Of a stretch of 64,000 nucleotides of DNA, positions 1 through 12,645 are shown piece by piece. Made by a program: the position numbers and the translations under genes. The DNA comes from Octopus sinensis (lineage: Eukaryota), in assembly GCF_006345805.1 (NCBI RefSeq), contig NC_042998.1, forward strand, positions 9,052,001-9,116,000. The letters run 5' to 3'. Below the pieces are notes generated by a model. That model had not been told where the DNA came from and did not search any database. It worked only from the letters and a program-made list of their open reading frames with translations. The first letter of the stretch is position 1. Every line of letters begins with the position of its first letter.

Positions 1-1462
1 AATTTGTCCGTTAAGGAGGGGAATGTATTTAAGTGTGTGAGGTTATTTGAGTGCAAACCAATTCTCGGTAGACGACTGAATGTAATAACATGGTCTTTCT
101 AGTTTATTTAAGAATTTCAAGTTTACAACCATCAGACAAAATTTTCTATTTATTTCGTATGAAATAAATAGAAAATGTTATGGGAACTCGGTACATATTA
201 CGGCTAATATCCAGTGTTGTACGAAAGTAGTTTCACGGATCTTGTCAATCTAAGTCACAGATTTTATAAATAATCTTTCTTAAATAAACAGTTTGAAACT
301 TCGGATACTTGTTGAATGTGTCATAGGTTTTTCTATTCTGTACATAAAAAAGTTTGGCTACTTTTTCTAGCAGGTCATGCAACCACATACAGGCTCCGTC
401 GATGGTCTGTCTCAGTAATAATTTTCTTGTTATTTAGCCTCAAATCAACCCTGATACAGCAAACCTATGTTGCTATAAAAACATCTCTGGTTATTAAAGA
501 AGGGTTTTGTTAGGGGAGTGGACCCGGAAGTTATTGTTCGCAAACAGCAGCAGTAATTTTTTTCAGCTGAATACACGTAATTGATTGGTTTAAATTACCC
601 AAATACGACAACTTTAACACGAAATAACTTCTAAAATACAAAATTTCGTTCAAAACGTTAGGAATAAACCCTGTTCTATGTGACACATTCTACCAGTATC
701 CGAAGTTTCAAAGTGTTTAGTTAAGAAAAATTAATTTAAAAATCTGGTCATCAAATTGAAAAGATCCTTCCATTCCTTAACTCTTGTATATGTGTGTATA
801 TATATATCAAGGATTGAACAAACAGAACATAACAAGGAGAGAAAGTTAGACGAAAGCAGAGCAAACAGGAAACAAGATGAAAACTTAACGGGCGGGGAAT
901 ATAGACAAGGACACAATGCACGACATATTCGCAGCTGAGTTTTCCGCGTCAGTCAATGACCAAAATATCATCGTGGTTTTGCGCCAATATCATTGAGACT
1001 ACTCAATCTTGGAGGTGCCAGTGCTGTTAAGCTACTGGAAAAAAGCTAGCGAGTGTATACTGAAACAGAAACAAATAAGACCTTATATAAGTACAACAGA
1101 TGAAGATTTATGCATACATAACAATGCGAAGCCTTACGGCTATATACAACAGGAGAAAAAATAATTATAATTATACAAATACCACAAATACAACAGAAAG
1201 AGCTTTGATAACTGGCTCTCCGTCGAATACAACGACGAGTATTCCAGAAACAGCTTGCTCGTGAAATTGACGGGCTGGGCACAACACGAACTCACTTATA
1301 CATAACGTAGTGCTCAATAAAGATTCAACGTGACACAGATTTACAGCTACAACTCATTTTTTTTTCCAGCTGAGTGAACTGGAACAACGTGAATTAAAAT
1401 GTCTTACTCAAGGACTCAGCGAACTTATAAGTGAACAAAACACCTCCACTATTCTACGCGCC

Positions 1463-1496
<34 letters not shown>

Positions 1497-1701
1497 TACA
1501 CATCCACACACACATACATACATATATATGTGTATCATCATCATCATCATCATCGTTTAACGTCCGTTTTCCGCGCTAGCACGGGTTGGACGGTTCGACC
1601 GGGGTCTGGGAAGCCAGGGCTGCACCAGGCTCCAGTCTGATCTGGCAGTGTTTCTACAGCTGGATGCCCTTCCTAACGCCAACCACTCCGCGAGTGTAGT
1701 A

Positions 1702-1769
<68 letters not shown>

Positions 1770-1778
1770 ATATATATT

Positions 1779-2004
1779 CTCTCTTTTATCTCTTTTACTT
1801 GTTTCAGTCATTTGACTGCGGCCATGCTGGAGCACCGCCTTTAGTCGATCAAATCGACCCCAGGACTTATTCTTTGTAAGCCCAGTACTTATTCTATCGG
1901 TCTCTTTTGCCGAACCGCTAAGTGACGGGGACGTAAACACACCAGCATCGGTTGTCAGGCAATGCTAGGGGGACAAACACAGACACACAAACACACACAC
2001 ATAT

Positions 2005-2041
<37 letters not shown>

Positions 2042-2221
2042 CTATATATATATATATATACATATATACGACAGGCTTCTTTCAGTTTCCGTCTACCAAA
2101 TCCACTCACAAGGCATTGGTCAGCCCGGGGCTATAGCAGAAGACACTTGCCCAAGATGCCACGCAGTGGGACTGAACCCGCAACCATGTGGTTGGTTAGC
2201 AAGCTACTTACCACACAGCCA
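1779..2221 (-). mobile_element. tRNA-derived SINE family A
   Basis: A-box tggctgtgtggt and B-box ggttcagtccc head, central (TA)n(TG)n, tail gactgaaacaagtaaaagag. Confidence 0.85.
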
Positions 2222-2550
2222 TATATATATATACACATTATTTTTTTCATTTATTTGTTTCAATCATTAGAATGTGGCCATGCTGGAGCACCGTCTTGAA
2301 ACAATTTAGTCGAATGAATTGACCCCAGTACTATTTTAAAGCCTGGTACTTATTCTATCGGTCTCTTTTCCCGAACCACTGAATTACGAGGAGATAGACA
2401 AACCAACATTGGTTTTCTTTCACTCTCCGTCTACCAAATCCACTCGTAAGGCTTTGGTCGGCCTAAGGCAATATAGAAAACACTTGTCCAAGGTGCCACG
2501 CAGTGGGACTGAACCCGGGGCCATGTGGTTGGGAGGCAAGCATCTTTACC

Positions 2551-2602
<52 letters not shown>
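2551..2602. repeat. (GATA)n microsatellite; many (TA)n, (CA)n, (GA)n and (GAT)n tracts elsewhere
   Basis: Directly visible. Confidence 0.95.
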
Positions 2603-2629
2603 TAATATCCATACATATAATATATATAT

Positions 2630-4022
2630 ATGTGCGACCGCACATCACCTGTCAACTATCGCCCAGTCAGTCTCAATAGCTGTATTGCAAAACTGATGGA
2701 ATCGTGTGTCAGAGAAACACTTTGGAACTTCTGGAGCTCTCACAGTCTCATCCGACCCTCACAATATGGATTTGTCCCTAACTCCAGCTGCAGTGATCAG
2801 CTTGTCGAGTTCCTTGAGGACATTACTCAGATCACTGACAGTGGCTCATGGGTGGATGTTGTCTACCTTGACTTTGCTAAGGCTTTCAACTCTGTGCCAC
2901 ACAAAAGGCTTATGGCGAAACTCTCTGCAATGGGTATGAGGGATGATCTTTTTAACTGGTTGAAATCCTTCATTCTCAGCCGAAAGGAGGTAGTCACAGT
3001 TCTAGGACAGCATTCTACACCATATGAGATGTCATCGGGTGTACCACAGGGATCTGTCCTTGGTCCCCTCTTGTTTGTGGCATACATTAATGATATAGAT
3101 GCCAATTTAAAGAATGCCACAGTATTGAAATATGCAGACGACATCAAGCTGTACCTTGAAATCAAGAGGACAGATCCTGTTGTCTACAGCTCTTTCCTGC
3201 AATCAGACCTGGACACAATGCAGCAATGGATCACAGACTGGCAACTGAAACTGGCTGTGGACAAGTGTACCACCATGCATTTTGGGAGAAAAAACCCTGC
3301 GTCCACATACTCCCTCCACAACACTGATATAAAAAAATCCTCTTGCGAGCGTGACCTAGGCATCACTGTCAGCAGTGATTTGCGTTGGACAAAGCATATC
3401 TCTAAAATTGTCAAGAAAGCCGTGGGTGTCTTGGCATCACTCAGCAAGACTTTTGTTAGCCGCTCTCCAGCCATCTATTTAAAACTGTATACAGCTATGG
3501 TACGACCACACTTGGAATTCGCATCATCAGTTTGGAACCCCTATCTTGCTCAGAACATTGACCTCCTGGAATCTGTTCAGAGACGCGCAACCAAACGCAT
3601 ACCCTCCATCAGACACCTACCATACTCTGAGCGCCTTGTTTCCCTGGGCATGGATTCACTGAAGCTCCGGCGTCTGGCGATGGACTTGGTAAACACCCAC
3701 AAAGTTATCAACCACCTCACCAGCAACAACACTGAACACCTTTTTGATCTCCATGTGTCTAACACACGTGGACATGCCTACAAAGTCAGAAAACAACACA
3801 ACTCCCATGACTTTCGGAAACATTTTTTCACGCTCAGAGTTGCTGAAGCATGGAACAAACTGCCTGCGTCAGTTGTTGACTGCCATGACACTGCATCCTT
3901 TAAGGCCCTCATGCTTTCCGAAATCCGCCGAAACTACACCTGATTATACATACACTTTAGATGAGTTGTAGTGCACCTGAGCACTGTACACAATGTTTTT
4001 ATTAATATTATTATTATTATAT
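2630..4022 (+). mobile_element. 5'-truncated CR1/L2-type LINE with an uninterrupted 437 aa RT ORF
   Basis: YRPVSL, YLDFAKAF, GVPQGSVLGPLLF, YADD and WNKLP motifs. 3' stem-loop gtagtgcacctgagcactgtac and (ATT)n tail. No endonuclease or ORF1 present. Confidence 0.93.
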
Positions 4023-4023
4023 A

Positions 4024-4830
4024 CAGGGTGCGATGGGTAAACTGTCGCCATTTTATAATTTCAATTTTGCGCATGCGCATTGTTTGTTCTTGATTTTGTC
4101 GACCACATAGTATAATAGGGTCAGTTGGGTACCGTTTGTGAGAAAAACAGCACCATGAAGCAATTCACTCTGCCAGAAATTTTGAAACGACGTGCTGTGC
4201 TGCTTGGCATTCGCAACGGAAGTTCCAATACGAACATTTCAGAGTGTTTGGGCATCAATCTGAGGACATTGCAGTCTGAGGACATGTACCGAGAAAGATA
4301 AAAATTAAACATCTAGTCAGAATCATGGTGTATGGAGTGAACACTAGTGACAGCGACGTTATGCCTCCATTCATCTTCCCATACGGTCTCAGACTCAACA
4401 CAGAGGCCTACATCAAGTGCCTGGAGGAGGTAGTGCTGCCCTGGGTCAAGATGGTGGCTGCTGGAAAACCCTGTGTCTGATAACTGGACTCTACACCATG
4501 CCACACAAACAGGAGAACCAAGTCATGGCAGTCAGACAATTCCTGTGACCACATCGCCCCCAAACTCTGACCACCTACCTCCTCCGACTACAACCTCCTT
4601 GATTATTATGTGTGGGGCGCAGTTGAGCAAAAGACCAACAAAACTCCTTGAAACACCAAAGATGGACTGAAGGCAAGCGTTATGGCGGCATTCACCAACT
4701 TAAACAAGAAGACTGTCCAAAAGAGTTGCAGAAGATTCCGAAGTTATCTGGAGTCCAGGGTTGAAGCAAAATGGCGAGTTTATTGAATAAATTTAATATT
4801 TAGTATTTTTGATATTTTTATGTAATTTTG
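4024..4830 (+). mobile_element. Internally deleted Tc1/mariner-superfamily (maT-like) transposase relic
   Basis: TA followed by CAGGGTG terminus. HTH-like MKQFTLPEILKRRAVLLGI; DSTPCH and DYYVWG motifs with stops. 3' TIR not found. Confidence 0.75.
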
Positions 4831-5554
4831 GTAAATACATCTGTAGTGGATCTTGCAAGCATGAAGTGGATTCGATCCACCAAATTAAAATTAACACTCC
4901 AACAGAACTTTTCCCACGGTGGAACAATGGGTTTTCTTTGACAGCAGTTTTACATTTTCCATGTGCCTTTAGCTAGGCCGAAATCATTTCTTCACCACTT
5001 GACTCTTTCCAAAAGCTAGAATAGAGATAACAAGGCCACCAACTAAATCTATTGTTCTCAATGATATATCTATCCTTCTGGATAGTTATATAAGCAGGCA
5101 CACCCCAAGCAAAAATGAGTTAGTCACAGTCGGTGACGACTCAATGACAACGAAATCTGGCTGACCAGCTACAATCTTGGCCAGAAGGAGAAATGAAGTT
5201 TACTGTCAGCAACTGTGAGACAACACCCTACAATTCTCTCTAGCTCTAATTCTGTTCTCTTACAACATCATACTATCTATCTCTGTAATTACTACTAAAC
5301 AATGAAGAGGATACAAACACAAACTTTATTTCGCATGCTTTTGGGTTTATCATAACCTGTTCGTCGAGGCAAGGTATTGTAACGTAACGGTAAATAGATA
5401 TTTCCTTAAAACTTCATGCATTGTTCATCTTTCACATCCTACAGTATGCAATTATAATAACAAAAAACTTTATTGTTACATATCTGTTAAAATGAAACGT
5501 CAGTGTTATTTTCATTTCTGCGTAATTTAGACGACAGTTTATTCACCGCACTCA

Positions 5555-5598
<44 letters not shown>

Positions 5599-5602
<4 letters not shown>

Positions 5603-5816
5603 GAAAAGAGTGAAAAAAACTACAGAAGGCTTGTTTTATAAGGTTAAAGAATATATTTAAGTCGTTATGTTAGAAGAATGTTATAAAATTTTTCTTACAG
5701 TAAAACTATGTTACTGTATGAAACATTTTATAACATTCTTCTAACATAACGACTTAAATATATTCTTTAACCTTATAAAACAAGCCTTCTGTAGTTTTTT
5801 TTCACTCTTTTCTATT
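5599..5816. repeat. About 105 bp-arm near-perfect palindrome with a 7 nt loop
   Basis: The arms are reverse complements apart from a few differences near the loop and in one homopolymer. Confidence 0.92.
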
Positions 5817-5820
5817 TTGT

Positions 5821-6017
5821 GTATGTGTACTCCCATCGCATTTCTGATCTAAAATTCTAAAATGCCGACCTAAATTAGTAATCAGTTAGAAGGTGGGATA
5901 TTTATTATTCGTATAAAACTTTCGGTCGACACCGGTGACAAAAGAGTAAACTACACCGGTAAACAACTGTTTAAGTATATTTATTGCGTTGTATTTTGAA
6001 AAAGTGTACTAATTAAG
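5821..6017 (+). promoter_or_regulatory. PRPF31: Probable PRPF31 promoter and non-coding first exon (start approximate)
   Basis: Unique sequence with several CpGs, ending in a strong donor AAG|gtaagt at 6018. Matching acceptor tttttag at 8004, 9 nt before the ATG. Human PRPF31 also has a non-coding exon 1 and an ATG just inside exon 2. Confidence 0.5.
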
Positions 6018-6277
6018 GTAAGTGCTTAAAGCCTTAATTATTTTCATTATTCTGTGTGATTTAAGTATTATTATTGTCCTTTTTTATGTTTTGAATTTAT
6101 GTTGTGAATTTACTTGTATATTTTACAATCAAAGTTGAGGAAAATCAACGAAATGACATGTGTCCTTTGCATTCTTTTATTGTTTGATGTCACATTACGG
6201 AAAGATAGATGTAGCGTTTAGTTTGTCACTTGACAATTTGTCTGGATTGTTGTTTAGCCCTGAATCAGCCTCTATTA

Positions 6278-6309
<32 letters not shown>

Positions 6310-6311
<2 letters not shown>

Positions 6312-6463
6312 CTGTGTGGTAAGTAGCTTGCTTATGAACTACATGGTTCCGGGTTCAGTCCCACTGCGTGGCACCTTGGGCAAGTGTCTTCTACTATAGC
6401 CTCGGGCCGACCAAAGCCTTGTGAGTGGATTTGGTAGACGGAAACTGAAAGAAGCCCGTCGTA

Positions 6464-6529
<66 letters not shown>

Positions 6530-6729
6530 CCTGTGTTTGTCCCCTAGTATTGCTTGACAACCGATGCTGGTGTGTTTACGTCCACGTAACTTAGCGGTTC
6601 GGCAAAAGAGACCGAGAGAATAAGTACTAGGCTTACAAAAGAATAAGTCCCGGGGTCGATTTGCTCGACTAAAGGCGGTGCTCCAACATGGCCGCAGTAA
6701 ATGACTGAAACAAGTAAAAGAGTAAAGAG
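6310..6729 (+). mobile_element. tRNA-derived SINE family A
   Basis: Near full-length copy. Confidence 0.85.
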
Positions 6730-6812
6730 TATATATATCATCCAAAGCGTAGCTAGCAATTTTTTCCAGGTACCGTCTATCAGGAACCGGCAAAGATTTA
6801 CTATTACAACCG

Positions 6813-7045
6813 TCAGAGTTGCTGAAGCATGGAACAAACTGCATCGTTTAAGGCCCTCATGCTTTCCGAAATCCGCCGAAACTACACCTGATTGTCCCCC
6901 TTCCATACTCATACACATATGTATATGTTATGACTCATGCACTGTTCTTTTCCTGACGCTTGTACTTTACCCTATGTACTATACATACACTTTAGATGAG
7001 TTGTAGTGCACCTGAGCACTGTACACAATGTTTTATTATTATTAT
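6813..7045 (+). mobile_element. Same LINE family, short 3' fragment (long-UTR variant)
   Basis: RVAEAWNKL...AETTPD end, same 3' stem-loop and tail as the 2630 copy. Confidence 0.85.
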
Positions 7046-8013
7046 ACTTTCAACGAGTGATTTTCGATTATTTTTGATGGTCAGATTCGTTCAAAACATC
7101 AAAACCCATGGGCAGACTTAAATTCATCCTTCAAATTTAGACGGGTTTAATACTAAAAATTTATCCAAGAACTTCATTATAAAACGGGACCTAGCTTCTT
7201 CGTTTTGTATATAAAGTTTAGCTGCTGTTTCAACAAAATAGAACAACCACACTGAATCCTCCCTGAAGTGGTTCATATGTTGGTTAAACTAAAGCGTTAT
7301 TTGTTGTTGAATGTAATACTTTTATTGTCTTTTGGGGCAAAATGAGTAAGACAAGATAATATAAATTTGCCTCATCAGTTCTCCAGAATTACATTTGAAA
7401 AAAGATTCAGACACGTCAATATTCATCTATAGACATCAGAAATGCAAAAGAAAATTAAAAAAATTAATATCTAGGTCAACTGAAAGAGGATCATGGAAAA
7501 ATGACACATGATATGCAATTAACAAAACTTGACTAAATCTAAAAACTCAGCATAAAATATTCTTTATAGGTTCTTCATGATCTGGTGGAGTGGCTCTCTC
7601 CCTGATGTCTTTAAGCACCATGCAGTTAAAGAGAAGAAACTATTGAAATTAATTATTACTCATTTTGCCCCGATTTGGACTTTTTTTTTTATTGAAAATT
7701 ATAAAATTAGACATTAAGTGTGGGGAAAATTGACTTGGAATCCATAATCGAATATTGATGGTTCAACATCAAAAATTATCCAGATATTTTATTAGCAATC
7801 TCAGTTATAATCGAGTCAAGGAAAATTTTCTTGAAACAAAAGTACCTGTCACCTGACTATGTTTTAAATTCTCTGTGTAAAGAGATATTCTTTAAGGAGA
7901 AAATCGGAAATTACTCATTTTGCCCCACTCTCCTATTGATGTACTAAAATTTTTGTGTTTCTTTTTGTATTAGTTTAATCGTATTTAACTACTTTATTTT
8001 TTAGTTGTGACTC

Positions 8014-8181
8014 ATGTCTCTGGCAGATGAATTGTTGGCTGATTTAGAAGAGGGTGGAGAAAACTTGGAAACTCAAGACATTGAGCAAGAAGATGTTACC
8101 GAGGTGTCTGATACAGTTATGGAAGTTGACACTACCAAACATTCTGTGCGGAGTGTTGCCAAGCTCCGAGATAGCACAGAG
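8014..8181 (+). CDS. PRPF31: Prp31 coding exon 1 (MSLADELLADLEEGG...VAKLRDSTE)
   Basis: N-terminus MSLADELLADLEE matches Prp31. Donor gttcgt at 8182, phase 0. Confidence 0.95.
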
Positions 8182-8383
8182 GTTCGTGATTTACATTAAT
8201 TATATTTCTTTAGTTAAAAGACAGCCAATAGTATTAAACATATTGAAACTACAAGCATCTGCCAACATTTATCATATACTTCCATTCAATTTCTGTGATA
8301 GGGATAGGACTTTTGCTATTATTATTAATGGAGTTGAAGAATCTGTCAACAATACGGAGACTATTTATGCATATATATATATA

Positions 8384-8946
8384 TTCCTCCCTTGGACACA
8401 CAAAGACCTGTTGAGGCAAGCGAAGTCGATATCGAACCTCATCCGACGACTGGCACCTATGCCAACCCCCCTTTGCTTGCGAAGACCTGTTGGGGCAATC
8501 AAAATTGAAATTGAACCAATCCTATGACTGGCACCCGGCAGATGCCAGGACCCCTGGACTGGAGATACGTAAAAAGCACTATCTGAATCGTGGCCGATGC
8601 CAGCGCCGCCTCGACTGGCTTCCGTGTCGGTGGCACGTAAAAAGCACCATCCGAATCGTGGCCAAAGCCAGTGCCGCCTCGACTGGCTTCTGTGCAGGTG
8701 GCGCGTAAAATGCACCAATCCGACCGTGGCCGATGCCAGCCTCGCCTGGCACCAGTGCAGGTGGCACGTAAAAAGTACCCACTACACTCACGGAGTGGTT
8801 GGCGTTAGGAAGGGCATCCAGCTGTAGAAACATTGCCAGATAAGACCGGAGCCTGGTGCAGCCTTCTGGCTTCCCAGATCCCCGGTCGAACTGTCCAACC
8901 CATGCTAGCATGGAGAACGGACGTTAAACGATGATGATGATGATGA
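8384..8946 (+). mobile_element. 3'UTR-only copy of the same RTE family
   Basis: Reverse-complement match to 10333-10981, with (GAT)n tail. Confidence 0.88.
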
Positions 8947-9258
8947 TATCTTATTTAGAGATAGAAGTCCCCATGCAATTCATCAAATCCTAATATACAT
9001 CACACCATATCATAGAATTATATTTTAATACTTACTAATCATTTCTAAATTTCTCTTCTACTCGTGTTTCATGAGGTGCGCTTTATGTTCCTTAGACGGA
9101 CAATTTGTAAGAAAGTGGAATAGTCATTTGAATTAACTCTTAGTTATAGTTTATTAGATCAACTTATGTCATAAAGTATTAAGTCCTGTATTGTACTATT
9201 TTTGCCAATTCAATAATAACTCAGTAACGATGATTCTTTTTTTTTTTATCATTTCAAG

Positions 9259-9316
9259 CTTAAATATGTTTTGCAAGAAATTGAAAAATTTTCTACCATG
9301 CAACGGAAAGATGGTG
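9259..9316 (+). CDS. PRPF31: Prp31 coding exon 2 (LKYVLQEIEKFSTMQRKDG)
   Basis: ttcaag acceptor, gtaagt donor at 9317. 58 nt, phase 0 to 1, frame continues into exon 3. Confidence 0.88.
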
Positions 9317-10298
9317 GTAAGTTTAAATTTTCCTTTGATTTAAAAAAAAAAAGAAGAAGAAATTACACTTGTAGAAATATATATTTTTTTTTCCTTGTGT
9401 AATTGAAAGAAAATGAACAAAGTTAAGTCTTTTGTATTACTGGTATTTATTTTACCAGCCTTTGAAAGGTAAAGACAAAAACAATCCTGAAAGAACACTC
9501 ATAAAGGGAAACAAAATTAAATGCTTTTAGTCATTTAGTCAAATGGCTTATTATTTCTACCAATAGATCATTTTTTTTTCTTTTGAAATAACCATTTTCC
9601 CCTGCTAACATGGTTTGTACAGGTATTATCATTGTACAGCATATTATCATTCTTCTTCATCTTATATCATCTCATGTGAGAGGCTCAGCTTGCTATAAGG
9701 GGCGCCCTCCCTACTCACTATTTCTCATATCTTACTTTGTCTTTCTCTACATGGGTTCTTGGATATTTCCCATTCTCAGCATACAATATACTTTTGCATT
9801 CAACAATTGTATCTCTTTATTTATTCAACATACTGCTCAATATCTCCCATCCTTCAAACACCCTGGTACTTCAAACCAGCTGAATCTTATACTGACTACT
9901 CTTGCCAGTAAATAGGATTCACATTGACTCAAGCAAGACAATTATGCGATTGAAGCCATCCTCCAAAACATATACCCTGCCATATTCAGGTGTAGGCATA
10001 ACTATATGGTTAAGAAGTTTGCTTCCCAACCACACGATTCCAAGTTCAGTCCCCTGCATGGCTCCTTGGGCAAGTGTCTTCTACTATAGGATAGGTCAAC
10101 CTATTTCATTTACTCTCTTTTCTCTCTCTTTTACTTGTTTCAGTCATGTGACTGTGGCCATGCTGGAGCACTGCCTTTAGTCAAGCAAATCGACCCCGGG
10201 ACTTATTCTTTGTAAGCCTAGTACTTATTCTATCAGTCTCTTTTGCCGAACCGCTAAGTTACTCGGACATAAACATAGACACACAAACATATACACAC

Positions 10299-10331
<33 letters not shown>

Positions 10332-10332
10332 T

Positions 10333-11548
10333 ATCATCATCATCATCATCATCATCGTTTAACGTCCGTTCTCCATGCTAGCATGGGTTGGACGGTTCGA
10401 CCAGGGTTCTGGGAAGCCAGAAGGCTGCACCAGGCTCCAGTCTAATCTGGCAATGTTTCTACAGCTGGATGCCCTTCCTAACGCCAACCACTCCGTGAGT
10501 GTAGTGGGTGCTTTTTACGTGCCACCTGCACAGGTGCCAGGCGAGGCTGGCAACGGCCACGGTCGGATTGGTGTATTTTATGTGCCACCGGCACGGAAGC
10601 CAGTCGAGGCGGTGCTGGCATCAGCCACGAGTCGGATAGTGCTTTTTACGTACCACCAGACCAGAGATCCTGGCTGGTTCAATTTGATTTCGATTTCGCT
10701 TGCCCCAACATGTCTTCACAAGCAAAGGGGGTTGGCATGGGTGCCTGTCGTACGGTCGCATTGGAGTATTTTACGTGCCACGGCCACGAGTCGGATAGTG
10801 CTTTTTACGTACCACCAGACCAGGGATCCTGGCTGGTTCAATTCGGTTTCGATTTCGATTTCGCTTGCCCCAACATGTCTTCGCAAGCAGGGGGGGTTGG
10901 CATGGGTGTCTGTCGTCGGATGAGGTTCTATATCGACTTCGCTTGCCTCAACAGGTTTTTGTGTCCAAGGGAGGAAAGGCATTCATAAGTGGGCTGGGCT
11001 CACTTGTCCTGCCTGGTCTTCTCACGTACAGAATATTTCCAAAGGTCTCGGTCGCTGGTCATTTCCTCAGTGAGGCCTAAAGTTCGAAGGTCGTGCTTCA
11101 CCACCTCGTCCCAGGTTTTCCTGGGTCTACCTCTTCCACGGGTTCCCTCAACTGCTAGGGATTGGCACTTTCTCACACACCTATCTTCATCCATTCTCGC
11201 CACATGACCATACCAGCGCAATCGTCTCTCTTGCACACCACAACTGATGCTTCTTAGGTACAACATTTCTCTCAAGGTGCTAACGCTCTGTCGAGTATGT
11301 ACACTGACATTACACATCCATCGGAGCATACTGGCTTCATTCCTCACGAGCTTACGCATGTCCTCAGCAGTCACGGCCATGTTTCGCTGCCATGTAGCAT
11401 GGCTGTTCGTACACACGCATCATACAGTCTGCCTTTTACTCTGAGCGAGAGGCCTTTAGTCACCAGCAGAGGTAAGAGCTCCCTAAACTTTGCCCAGGCT
11501 ATTCTTATTCTAGCAGTTACACTTTCAGCGCACCCACCCCCACTACTG
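10333..11548 (-). mobile_element. 5'-truncated RTE-clade LINE: frameshifted ORF end plus about 650 nt 3'UTR ending in (GAT)n
   Basis: ARIRIAWAKFREL, HGSETW, RLRWYGHV.RM and GRGRPRKTW motifs, contiguous with a UTR carrying internal tandem subrepeats. Confidence 0.92.
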
Positions 11549-12596
11549 ACATATATATATATATACATATATACGACGGGCTTCTTTCAGTTTCCGTCTA
11601 CCAAATTCACTCACAAGGCTTTGGTCGGCCCGAGGCTATAATAGAAGACACTTGCCTAAGGTGCCACGCAAGTGAGACTGATCCCAGAACCATGTGGTTT
11701 GTAAGCAAGCTACTTACCACACAGTCACTCCTACGCCATTTGATTTCTTTTTAAAATCTTTTACTCCTGATCAGATCTTTTTGGGGATTTTTGCTATTTA
11801 TTTCTACCAAAAGAATTAGATTCATTTTTGCATGGTATATTCAACTCCCCAAGACTTAGTTTTAGCAAATATTTGTATCATTTGTTTTTTTCTTTGCATT
11901 GTTTTTGCTTCCCAGCAGATAGCTCTCCTTAAAAAGCATGCTTAAGGATTATGCTCATTCCCCATTTGTAATAAAGGACCAGTCCACCTCAGCTGATGGG
12001 AAACCAGCATAGTATGAATGGTTGAGGTTCCTGCTCTCTCTAAAACTTTTGTATCAGGTGTAAGCAATGTCAAGCTAATCCTCAGAATTTGACAGACACT
12101 TTTGGTGAAAGTGTTCTAAGGATTTTCTGTGGTAGTTGTAAACAGCTCATGTTTCTGCTATATAAACAAAAGAGGATAGTACAAATCCACAATAAACCAA
12201 AGTTTTTGTGCTGACCTTAATATGTCATTGTAATCATATACGATTCCATCTTCATACCATTGGCCCAATGATGCAAAGATCATTCCAGCAGACATGGTCT
12301 GGTGCCATATTTGTAATAAGATTTCTAAGTCCCACATTGGTCTAAAAAGATGTTTAACTGTCTGTAAATCAGACAAGACAAACAACACTGTGCTGTTTGA
12401 GGTGAGACATTTGCACTATTTGTAATGCAAATTTCAAGCAGCTCTCAGGACTAAAAAACATGTACTCATGAATGGAAAAAGTACATTGAACAAGAAGTGA
12501 CCAAGCTTTGTATAAATGCAGACTTCTCTCTCTCTCTCTCTCTCACTCCATATACATATATATATAAGAGAGCAAAGTGTACGTACGCTGCTATAT

Positions 12597-12645
<49 letters not shown>

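Noticed and set aside
940-1000. C/D snoRNA-like ATGATA...CTGA on the minus strand
   Set aside because: Box C is non-canonical, the span is only about 45 nt, and there is no terminal stem.
1918-2299. Many 60-180 aa ORFs with YIYIYI, THTHTH or HHHH runs
   Set aside because: They are translations of microsatellites and SINE/RTE-UTR copies that recur throughout the window.
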